64,000 nt of DNA from Klebsormidium nitens (Eukaryota > Plantae > Klebsormidiophyceae): the NCBI GenBank assembly GCA_000708835.1, contig DF237418.1, forward strand, positions 1 through 64,000, in the 5' to 3' direction. Below, one piece after another: positions 26,564 to 37,604 of the stretch (positions are counted from its first letter, which is position 1; every line of letters begins with the position of its first letter). The notes beneath the pieces are model-generated. The model was not told the DNA's origin, ran no database searches, and saw nothing but the letters and a program-made list of their open reading frames with translations. Both the position numbers and the translations under genes were made by a program.

Positions 26564-26860
26564 GTAGGTTTCCTTGGTTTATCATTTGTTTTGGGATTGG
26601 GAGAAATGTTTGAAGATTTGGAGCTTTTTGCTGGTGACAGCCCTGCGCGAGCTGTCCAACAACCTGGCGGAGCCCTTCGGCAACGATGACACCGATATTC
26701 CCGGTAGGATTTCTTGGTTCATCATTTGTTTTGGGATTGTGAGAAATGTTTGAAGATCTGGAGCTTCTTGCTAGTTAGCCCTGCATGAGCTGTCCAACAA
26801 CCTGGCGGAGCCCTTCGGCAATGATGACACCGACATTCCCGGTAGGATTCCTTGGCATTC
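26500..26860 (+). repeat. Tandem triplication (unit about 139 bp) of the bestrophin exon end, donor and intron start
   Basis: cctgcgcgagctgtccaacaa(t/c)ctggcggagcccttcggcaa(t/c)gatgacaccga..cccggtagg occurs at about 26500, 26641 and 26779. Confidence 0.93.
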
Positions 26861-28826
26861 ACGGTTGTTTTTTCAATTTGTGGATGCAAACAATCGAAAA
26901 GAGTGGGGGGCCTGCGGCGGCTGTCCGGCGCTTTGGGCGAGCGCTTCGAAAGGAGAATCGGAAGTGCCCCGGCTCCGAACGCTCCGGTTCAGGGCGTCTG
27001 AGACACTGACTTTCTCGGGAGTCTTGGGAGGTTGTCCAGCAACCCAGGCGATGCAACTTCGTCGTCGCTAACGATGCAATGAATCTCCATATTAATACAG
27101 TTTTCAAGTTCGTTCGTCGAATGCTGACCACGGATTCCTTCTGCGTGCAGTTTTCGATTTCGTTGTCAAATGGCACACCCGAGTGGACAACTTCATCCAC
27201 ATGCCGGTCAGGCTCGGCAAGGAGTTGTCAGCCAAGCATCTCGACGCCGCTCCTACTGCATAATAGAGCAAAAGGTGACGTCATCGCCGTTCCAAATGTA
27301 GGGGATTAGACTTGGTTGAGTGGAGCTTCAGAAGAGTCGATACGTTGAAGTTAAGCGAGACTTCTGGGCATGTTTTCGAGGTCTTGAGCGCCGTACCAAG
27401 TAACGCTTTCCTGAACCTCGTACGGTACGTGCGTCACAATAAGTGCTTACTCATAGACGGTGCATACATTGTTCTGGTCTAAGTACAGGTCCTCCTTAGT
27501 CAGAAACACTCCAGGAAGTCGCTTCAGGTCAAGACGAAGTTACACAGTTGTAGGAGTTACGGTAGAACCTTCATGATGGACGCGTGCTTTGAAGGGGTTT
27601 TACAGATTGAAGCTTGATCGATCTTCCATGGGCGTCATGCATAGCAACACATGTAATGATCGAGTCCCACTTCAACACGGCTTAAGTCTGAGTCAAGCTT
27701 TGCAACCGCGTACCTGATCTTGACCTTCGTGCATCATTGCTTCGAGCGGATGCAATTAAGCATGACCAGGGCGGCTTTTCTCGGCCATGTTCATCCAAGC
27801 AACAGCTACATTATCATTGACGACTTGACATTACAAATTCACTGTGGCGAATGACCATTACATTATGAATGCAAGCTAGGTGACTCTAAGAGAAAACGTT
27901 GATATCACGCCATGTGGAGTATAGACATTGAGTCCCCGGCCGCCGCTCAGACAGCTAGATGCAAGTATATACCGTACAATACGAATAGCAGAGCTCCGAA
28001 TCCGACAAGCACAGAACCATTCAGATCTTGCATCTGATGCATCAAACTTTTCGAGATTCTCAGTACTGCAAATAATCCAGATTAGGTCACATGCTAGCAT
28101 GTCGTTCGTAGATTGACTATCTACCGTCCACTTGGACTTTATGCAACTGACGCAAGGTATCATGTTGTATACCAGGCTTACATCGACTGGATGCACGTGT
28201 CGCGTCAACTTGATTCAACTGTCACAGTTGGGCCCCATGCTCTAAATTGACTAGCACGGGCTTGCTACACTGTCCATACTGACGTCATTGCGCACCACGA
28301 TTGCGACCGCACAGGGGATGTTCTTCAGTGCATGGATGTTAGAGTCACAACGGATAGTGCGCTACTTCGTACTTCTGCTCAAGCAATAGACGAGTGCTCC
28401 CTCATTTAGAAAGTTCGAGGTCTAGAGAGCATAGTTTGAAAGTGCCCGGGAGTCCATTCTCATATCGATCAAGCGGGTTCGTGCTTTTTTTCAGTTCCGT
28501 TTTCGCAGTGGGTATAGAGCCACCGCTACCGCTGTAATCAAGGATCCTACAGAAAGAAGACAAGACTCATAAGCCACAGAAACATCCCTAACCCCTCGCT
28601 ACGGGCGTTGAAAGATAGGTCCCTCTTTGAGGACCAAAAGGCTGCTAGGCACACTTAGTATATAGACTTTCTCGGACTTTACCGTGCATCATTGGCAGCA
28701 ACTCTGGAAAAGGCTATCTAGCAACCTTTGACGACCGAAACGCGAGACGGAATCGGGAGCGGACAGACTACAGCACACGTTATTGAAGCTGCTCACAGAG
28801 CGCTAGTTAAGCACACTTTGAAAAAA

Positions 28827-31325
28827 CTAGGTCGGCTTGTCACCGCTCAGCGAGCACACTCCGGCATCTAGAGTCGACCAAACAAGAGATATCAGCCAAG
28901 AAAGCTTGCTCCAAGCAAAACGGACACGGAAGAGGCGAAGGTGGAGGCAAAGGCAGGTAAGAGGGGTCGAAGAGCGCGTTGCTTGAAGAAGCGCCAAACG
29001 GAATAATGTCAGGCTTACGTCAGGCTGCCCGGATCGAAGACCAGAGCGCGCACGGTTTCTGGGGCTCGTAGCGCCACCGCTACGAGCGCCGCTAGACTCG
29101 AGGCGTGCGAAACCTGAGGAAAGAGCAGATGCGTGAGTATGCAAGTGGTTCGTTTCCCATAACGTCGCCGTCTTCCAGGTTCTCCGAACCCTTTCGAGTC
29201 GATCAGAGTGCCAAAAGAACTGTAGATGATTTGAACATTTGAATTTGGTCAGTGAGCTTTTTGTTGAGATTCTCAGGCAGGACGTGGTCAAGAAGGCCTG
29301 CAAGACTTGGCTGGAACCCAGAGAAAAGAACCACATTCCGTTCGACGCGCCTCCCAAGGTCTTGCGTTGACCAGAATGTGCTAGACTTCCTTTTCTTCCA
29401 GCTAGCGCTGAGTGTGTCCGGATCTACAAGCCTTTGCCCCACCGCTTCTGAAGCACGAAATGGTCAAGGATAGCGTTTCCACCGACTGCAACGACTTACG
29501 AGAGAGCCCTAGCCTTTCGGCGTTCGCAAACGCTAGCGTTTTCCGCCGACGAAAATATTGTTTTTGCGGTTGCTAAGACGAAAGGGACTTCCTTGCAAGG
29601 GTAGTGTGAAAGCGGTTTTGCTGCGCACTTGACCGTGCTGTCAAGGTTGTCGAGCAAATGGGAGACCTCGTCAGTTGCGCCTCCCAGGTATCAATGACAA
29701 ACCGTAACCTTCCCATTGAGCTAGGCCGTCAAGTTGGTGTGCAGAAGTGCAATGCGTCTTCAGGACTGGAGGCCTAGAAGCTGGTCATCATGACTTTGCA
29801 ACTAGTAACAAAACTGATCCTCACTGACTCAGATATGCTGGAAGCTCTGTCACAGCGTCAGGTGTGAACGGGCTCGATGACCGCGGAATGCAGAAAGTCC
29901 TGACTACTCACCACTAGGATGTCCTCTCGGTCTTTTGCCGGGTCAAGGTAAACCCCGCCTAAACCTTCCGTCAGCTCCGTGCTCCAGTTGATGGTGCAGA
30001 CCTGAGAAGGCGCGGTTATCACGTTGAGGTCTCTTCTAACATCCAAGCAAGCATAGCTGTTTTAAAATACGGAATGGCTAAAGTTACGACAGTTCAAGGG
30101 GCAACTGCTCAAACACCTGGAGTGGAAATCTCGACTTCGAAACTGCCAAGCCTCTTGAGTAACGGCTTTGATTTCCAGAAACGACGATTCTAGGATGGTC
30201 AGGCGCCAGTCTTAGTTAAAGCACGACTTGATACGGTCAATTTCCCCTGAAATTGCGATTCCCTTGTTGCGAGCTGTCTGATTAGAAGCGCTTAGTTTTG
30301 AAACGACCAGTTCCCTTGAAATAGGCCCAGCTAGCTCTTGACCTGCCGCTGCTTCAACGTTGTTAGAGCGTACGACCAACGAGCGGGAACTCCTCTGAAA
30401 AAGGACTCAAACACCACTTTGTCGTCTTATGATACATCCAACAGTCGAGATGTTAGGCGTCCCAAAAGGTTTATTCTTCAAATATAAGCCCGTCCGAAGC
30501 ATGGAGCCATCGTGTCAAAGTAAAGTGACTGAGCATTTATCATTGCTTATTTCATCTCATGATAAAGAACACTAAGATGGTCCCTCACGAACGAAAGACC
30601 CGAAACTCCGGTTACGGACCTCACCTCTGTCAGGAATTCCTTGGCCTCAGTGAGTAGGCGGCCCTCTGCGCTGCACAGAACTTGAAGGCTGTGAGTTTCG
30701 GACGTCCTCGCTTGATAAGACACTCGGACGGCCAGGCTGATTTTGAAGTCGGACAGGTCCATTCCGAACGCCTTTCGATTTGGACGCTCCTAAGCTGTGG
30801 TTTAATCTAAGTTGCCAGTCTCCCAAGCCTTTTCGAACTGGGAACGAATCTTTGGGACGTATACTCGACAGCGACGATGAAAACAATTCCGGCCTCGTCA
30901 CACAAATCTCGCGCGTTCAGGATTCTTTACTGTCTTTTGACGTCATCTCTAACGACGCCTTCTGTTTTCGGCGCCTCCGATTCTTTGTCTGGAATCAGAA
31001 GCAGTAACTGTTGCACCCTTTCCCTCGCCTATGCCAGATATTCTATGATGCGGACGATTTATTCTGTCTTCGTAATAGGTCCGTTCGAGGGCATTTGAGA
31101 TAGCTGTGGAAAGCTCAGTCTCTTTGGGATCTGATCTCTTTGGCGCAGCATTTGCTTCCATGTATTAAACTTGCTAGGAAAGTCCCTTGCGTCCTGACTC
31201 CGGGAAAAGAGGATCCTCAACAGATTTGCGAGACACTTCCATTGTGCAGTCAAGCTCTGAAGATGTCCAAACGCTTGGTAAAAGCATTCGCCAACCAACC
31301 TGGTGTCCCAATGAGGCGCTGCCAC
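28827..31325 (-). pseudogene. Possible decayed F-box/LRR-type gene
   Basis: Leucine-rich fragments with stops (ECFYQAFGHLQSLTAQWKCLANLLRILFSRSQDARDF..; LQVLCSAEGRLLTEAKEFL..) and exon-like AG/GT segments at about 30004-29915 and 29134-29018. Family assignment is weak. Confidence 0.3.
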
Positions 31326-32833
31326 CTCAGCACCTGGGGATGACGTGGCACTGGTTCCGGAAGAGCCTCCTAGACCTTGGAGAGTCGCCCGCGGCCGTAC
31401 TTTCCTTGCACAGAAAGTGAGGTGTCAAATAGGCGGATCTTCACGATAAGACTTGACGGAAACCGCGGGAGTCTGCAAATCTCTTATCAGCTCGAAACTT
31501 GGAAGGAGGGAAGCAGTAGGCAAACTTCCGTTTGCAGGTTCGGATATTTGGAAGGCTCAAAAATGCGGGTCGTGCTTGTTCTGTAACGTGGGGGGATGTG
31601 CTCATCGGCCAATTGTTTCACAAGCTATTTGGACTTCTGCAAGACAGAACGGCCCCAGACGTGCGATTCCGTTAGATCCTGCTCAGAAACTAGCTTGCGA
31701 GCAGCTGTTTGGAGCCGAACGCATCGTCAGTAAACGTCCTGCGGTGTTTCCAAGGCGCCTTGGAGCGCCACACGTTGTGGCCACATCGTGCACAAAGAGA
31801 CTGGCTTGAAGCAGCTTCCTTTCCAAGCAATTGAAGCTGAACGTTATGTTGAATTCTGCTCTTACGGGTGACCAGATCTTTCCCAGGCCAATTGGGGATG
31901 ACAAGTGTAGAATCAGAGTCGAAGCAGAAATTGAAAAGAGAAATACGAACCTGCACGTAAGAAGAACGAATCTTCAAAAGCTAAGGAACTAACCTCACCT
32001 GAAATAGGGAGGTCCCCCCCGCTTCTCCCACATAATGTCGGCGGTCTCTTCCACAGCCGCCTCGGGGCTGCAGAATGCTGCCTGGAAGTTGAAACGCTCA
32101 CACATGGAACGCGCCCGTTCCACCTGCTCTCGACCGCGCTGAGTCAGCGTCGAGCTTTTGGCAGGTCCCGATGCATCAGACGCATCCAACCTGATGAACA
32201 AAGTGGTATCATCAGAAACTTCTTCAAAGCAAAGAGGGCCTTATGTGAAGACTGACAGAATGTGAACTGGGACCAGACCATCGTGCCCCTGACCCGCCCA
32301 TCTTTTTAAAGTGTGAGGTATTGTGAAAAATAATCCAAGAATAAAAGCCAGGGTCATTGAAGGCCAGGTAACTCATGTATGGAACTCTTCCTTTAAATAA
32401 TCAGAACTGCACGGTCTTGTCTTGAAAAAAAGTTGCCGTCACTTGGGCAAAGTTTACTTGGACACAATCTTGAAGATTGATCGACCTCTCCTGGCCACAA
32501 GACAGCCTCTATCTTGAAGCAGGAGATACTTTAGGGACCATTTAGAAAACATTTGGTTTTTAAAACATTCAGACGACTCAAAAGCAAGTGGATGTACATG
32601 AGAGAGGTCCATCACCCTTTCAACATTTTGGGAAGGAAGCAGAGACCTCCAAGATAGTATTTTAAAGTGCTACTTCGCTTCACGCTTTGGCCAAGTCAGC
32701 GCCCCCTTGCTATGTTCCCCTTACATAGGCTGAAGTAGGTGAGAACTGATTCGACCTTCCTTACAGATGCTTATTTGAGCTTAAAGACCCTCACTAAAGA
32801 TGTACCAACATTCGATCAAAGATAAAGAGCGAC

Positions 32834-35331
32834 TCACTCCTCCATGCTATGCTCCGCACACCTCATCAGAACTATCCGCTTCGGCCGCACAATTTCATTG
32901 ACATCGAATTCGACCTCCTCTTCATACCAGAACTCGCTACTCGCTCGAATTCCCTTTGGTTTATGCCAATCACGGAGGGGCGCTCTCGAAGATCGTAATG
33001 CGTGGACTATCAATTGTCCCGAGAATGTTGACCTAAGATGACAAGGAAGTTGCGACGGCACAGGCTTGATTGGCCTCCGAGGATTCCAATGCAGCGTGTC
33101 TTTTGCTAAGAGTGACCAAGCATGGTTGTGCACTGCGCTTGATTGCATTGGTGCCTTTACGAATGACCGTTCTCTGCATTCGAGCGGACAATTCAGCTCA
33201 TTCGTTGTGTGCTGCAAGCTTCTCCCCAGCTCAAGTCCTCCAACACAACCTGAAGGGCTTTTCGATCTAAGTTTCACAAGCGCCATTGCATCCAAATGCA
33301 TCCCCTCTTTCTTCAGTCTTGGGTTTGAAGTTGGAGCCAGTTGGAAAGTGTCATTTTCAAGAGCCTTCTTCCACTCCATGTTAGAGATAATATTAATAGT
33401 TAAAGGCTTTAACCCAACGGTTTTGTGCATTTTGCCCAGGCCCCGGTTAGAGTAACCATTAACGTTTTTGCGTGACCGAGTCCCTGCCACTCAGTGAAAA
33501 GCTGGAGCTGGACAGTTCTGCTGGCATTGGCAAAGCACGATTGCTTCGATGGCCAATGCCAATGGCGACCCGCGTTGTGACTGCTAGGTAGCTTTCACAT
33601 ACCCCTTTCTTCAGCGTCAGCTTGTCCACGGCTCTACAGCGTTTGTTTGACCCTGCTCTATCTGCGCTTCGTCCACACAGAATGGAGGCGACGCTTGCTC
33701 TGCGCACTTCAGCGGCGCTTTCCAAAGTTGGTGGCATGCGAGCGGTTTTGGATTCATCGGTGGTTAGGTAAGCTTTCTGCATTGCTCGGTGGTTTGCAGC
33801 TTAAGCAAATGCTATCAACCAGCTGAACGTGCTTTGAGAGGGAATGCCGCCAAGTTCTTCTGATTGTGTTGTTGTTAGCACCATCAGAGCGCCATTCTTA
33901 CATGGCAGCTTCATCATTGTGTGTCTCTTGGAGACGGTGCTGTCTATAAGTACTCCAAAAGTTGAAAATGAGCTTGCATCAGGGTGCCAATCCCTTTGTG
34001 CTTTCAGTAGCTGCTGCTGAATGTTTGGCACTTGACGCATGCCGGGTGGCAAAAGTGGTTCAGTCAGACTGGTTTAGACAAACTTAGGAGTAGACTCAAT
34101 TCTTGCTTCAACCTCTGCTCTGTTGATTAACTGTTTTCCATCGCCTTATGATGCCAAATTGATGCCTGTCATTCAGCATGGATTCAGCGAGTACGAATTG
34201 TGGTGTGGAGCGTTACATTCTGGCATCAATTACTTGCTCAGATCCTCCTTGGTTGAGGTGGATACCGGTGGAGATGGAGGTGGAGAATGATATCTTTTTA
34301 TCTATCTTGACATAAGTTCGTGGACTCCCAGAAGTCCTCCCCCTTCCTGTTCTGCTCCCCGCAACTTTTGCTGCTGTGACGAGTCCCGTCTTGCAGGGGT
34401 TTTGGCCTGTGCATGTATTCCACTGAGGGAGTCGAACTTCGCTTCTTTCTTCAGGTTTTGTATATCTGCTACATACCTTCTCATCACTGGGGCCTAAGAT
34501 AACTCAATCTTTGTTCGGATTGCTGTAAATTCCTCCTCCATCTTTCCGCAGACCCTGTTCTGTTCCGGCGATGAAAGCCGCCAGGCAATGCACTCTGGGG
34601 GCTCTCCAGGCACAGGGCCTTCTGCCGATGAACCCGCAGTCAAACCCATTGCAGCTGTGCCGACAACTGCAAGGGCATAGGATGCCTGTTTCAAGAACCA
34701 GGGGAAGCAGGTACGCACTCACTATTTGAGTTTTTGCAGTGAGAGAGTCTGACCTCGTATTGCTAAGCGGCCCTGGGAGTGGTGGTGCGAAAAAGACATT
34801 CAAAACTTGCCTGGCAGTTTCTCGTTCGGGTGGTTCTCGCAAACCACCGAGAACCACCGAAAAGTGGCCAGATCGGGCGGTGTTTTCTTTTTCCAAAACA
34901 CCCCCTCCGTCGACCGCCGCTGGTTTTCACCTCCACGCCACTTTGAAGTCCGGTCGAGTCAAGGGCGTGGTTGGGCAACTTTCCAGATACTCGCCGAAAC
35001 TGAGCTCGGGTTTGCTCGGTTTGTGAAATCGGTGGACGCATCCGAACCGAGTATTAGGAGTCTTTAACCACTGAGTTAAGCCAAAGCCTTGCAGCCCGCT
35101 TTTAAAGGATCGTGGTCCTTGTCCACTGGTATCTTCCTTCCAGTATGTCACCTGCGCGTTGTGTTTCTTCTTAGCTGCCTCGTAATACGTGTCGTTAGCT
35201 AGCAGACCCGACCGCTCAGCAGTGACCAGCAGTACGGATACACTTTGGTCACACCGATTGACTGGTTCTAGTTTTAATCCTGCTGAAGAGTCTTGACCGT
35301 CTTCTGCTGTAGACTTTTTCAGCACCGACAT
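32834..35331 (-). pseudogene. Long decayed reading frame (gene or TE ORF remnant), family unknown
   Basis: ORF-track segments 34718-34494, 34487-34302, 34052-33801 and 33782-33459 fall in one frame, separated by scattered stops. 35331-34927 and 34896-34504 are likewise one frame broken by one stop. 33490-32834 follows after a frameshift. Confidence 0.4.
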
Positions 35332-35628
35332 CTGGTTCGTTTCGGGCCCAGGTAGCAGACTCGTTCATTCAGAGATTCGGCAACGGAAATGTCCGTTCCT
35401 GCTACACCAAGAACTTCTATCTTGATACCACATCTGGTCAGCGCTTGACAGCAAAATATTTCTCTGAACCTATCGCTCTATTGCAGATCCGAACGGGCAC
35501 GGCCCATCCGCTCATCCACCCGTCCAGAGTTTCAACCACTCCCTGATCAAGCCCAGACAAATCCAAGTCCCAGTCTCGAGTCCTCCCCTCAAACCCCCCC
35601 CTTCGCCAGCCAAGCAAACACCCCCCCA

Positions 35629-36450
35629 GTGCGGCTCCCAGCCCCTCTTCTGCTCGCCCTCCGTATTCCCGCCTGTCAACAAGCCCTCACGTCAGCATCC
35701 CCACATTTCCGCCGCCTCACAGCGTCTGCAATCGCTGCTGGCCGGTTGCTCCTCTGGTTCGTTTCCGGACGGTACATCCCCTCGCAAATGAAGGTCCTTT
35801 TCACACTTCTCCGGGCCGAGCGCTTTTACCGGAAGCGCATCCGCACAATCGACGGCCGGCAATTGCTGCACGAGCTGAACTTCTTCCCCGAATGTCCCGA
35901 CTTGTCCAGCGTTTTCCCTGTGCTAGGCTATGCGTTCGTTCTCTCACGGGCGGTTCTCTCTTCGGTTAGCGCCCTGGGTTCAATAAACCTTTTGCATGGG
36001 TCGGCGGGGGTCCCCGGTCTTCCGGAAGTGGAGCTCCCGACGATCGGCCGGAGCGTAGCTTATGAGTACCCGGACAAAAGCGATCAGCCGGAGACGCCGG
36101 GCTATCAACCGCTCGGGGAGTGGGTTGGGCCCCGAGGAATGAAACCTTGGGAACGGAACATGATTACTATAACCCCGGAGGAGCGGAAGAAGCTATGGGA
36201 GAAGAACTTCAAAGAAGAGTCGCTGAACCCGTACAACAGCACGCCCAAGGAGCGCAAGATCCTCATCGCGCTAGCTGCGATCAGTTCGATCCTGACGCAG
36301 ATGTGGATTATGCTCCATGCGCTGCTCTTGCCGTTCATTTTCCTGGGGCTAATGTACGCGTTTGAGAAGCCGCTGTTCTGGTTGTTAAGCCACCTGTACA
36401 AAGCACGGAAGCTCGTGGGTGACTACAAGGGGCCCTTGTCGCAGGGTTAA
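35629..36450 (+). CDS. Hypothetical protein with C-terminal hydrophobic (likely transmembrane) segments; true start uncertain (ATG at 35788 possible)
   Basis: The frame is open for 273 codons. The 3' half has the GC-rich codon style of the real genes here and the hydrophobic stretch ILIALAAISSILTQMWIMLHALLLPFIFLGLMYAF. No family recognised. Confidence 0.5.
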   Translation: MRLPAPLLLALRIPACQQALTSASPHFRRLTASAIAAGRLLLWFVSGRYIPSQMKVLFTLLRAERFYRKRIRTIDGRQLLHELNFFPECPDLSSVFPVLGYAFVLSRAVLSSVSALGSINLLHGSAGVPGLPEVELPTIGRSVAYEYPDKSDQPETPGYQPLGEWVGPRGMKPWERNMITITPEERKKLWEKNFKEESLNPYNSTPKERKILIALAAISSILTQMWIMLHALLLPFIFLGLMYAFEKPLFWLLSHLYKARKLVGDYKGPLSQG

Positions 36451-37604
36451 ACGCAGGTGCGATCGGAAGAGTCCTTGGATTGGATTGTTAAGCGGGACAG
36501 CATGGCAGAAGAGCAGAGGTTCGGCTTGTGCACTAGACAGACGACATAGCCATATGCACATATCGGGTGCACGGAGCTCACATGTTCATGTTGATTTTTT
36601 TTGTGAGAGGTTATGGTGGGCCTCTTCGATCCGTGCTGCATAGGATTGCCGCGCGGAGGTATGCCCGCCCACATGCACGTGCTCTCTCGCCAATCAGGTC
36701 GCTCTAGATATGATTGGATTTCCTGGTGTACTGCGAATCCAACCGTCCCGACCAGCTACAGTAGCTTGATCCCACCTATACATGTACGCCATATTTTATG
36801 TTCTTATGGGGTCGGACCAATGGAAACCAAGCCATAATTGCGCATGGCACAACAACATATACGACTTGAGTTGCGTATGTACCACGAGCATTTGGAAGCG
36901 CAGCCATTTAGTTTGATAATACTCGCTGAACTTCGCGAGATAGAACATTCAATGCGTGGCGCCGTATAACGGGCGATCATGTGCATGTTTACGTCTCGTA
37001 AGGCCATGTGAGTAATAATAATTTGCATGACGCTTATACATGGACGCACTTCAATGCACAAACACTGCTTTGAGCGGGCCCACGTAGTCATGGCGGCAGC
37101 TTGGCACAAGGCTTGCCTGACTGTGCAACCCCATGCCAGCGCCGCCGTGGCGATCTTAGCTCATATGATGCACCAAACCGTGAAAAGTGAGCTATGATGA
37201 GCGTGAGCACAAGCGCAAAGCCGACTGTCCCCGTTCGATTTAGTACCGTCATATCCTCAAATAGTGCGATCTCTGCAGGATCCGGCCCACAGTGGCATAA
37301 CCAGTTTTCACAAGACTTACTTGAATGAAGGACATCCGTGAGTAAGCTGGCTCAGACGTCCTGACATGTACGTGCCAGGACCCCATGCGAAGAAACTGAT
37401 GATGACTCATAGTAATCACGTCACAAGGTCGCCCATGCAATCGAATTCGTTGCGGCTTACGCAGAGATCTAGCGGGTCGATCGCCGAGATAGATTATAAA
37501 ACGACTGTCGGTTCAAAACGTTTAAATAAGTTTGATGGTGTCAGCCCTGCCGACTGTTGACCACTTGGCTCACAGACTATGTACACTTCAGGTTCCGTAC
37601 CCAA

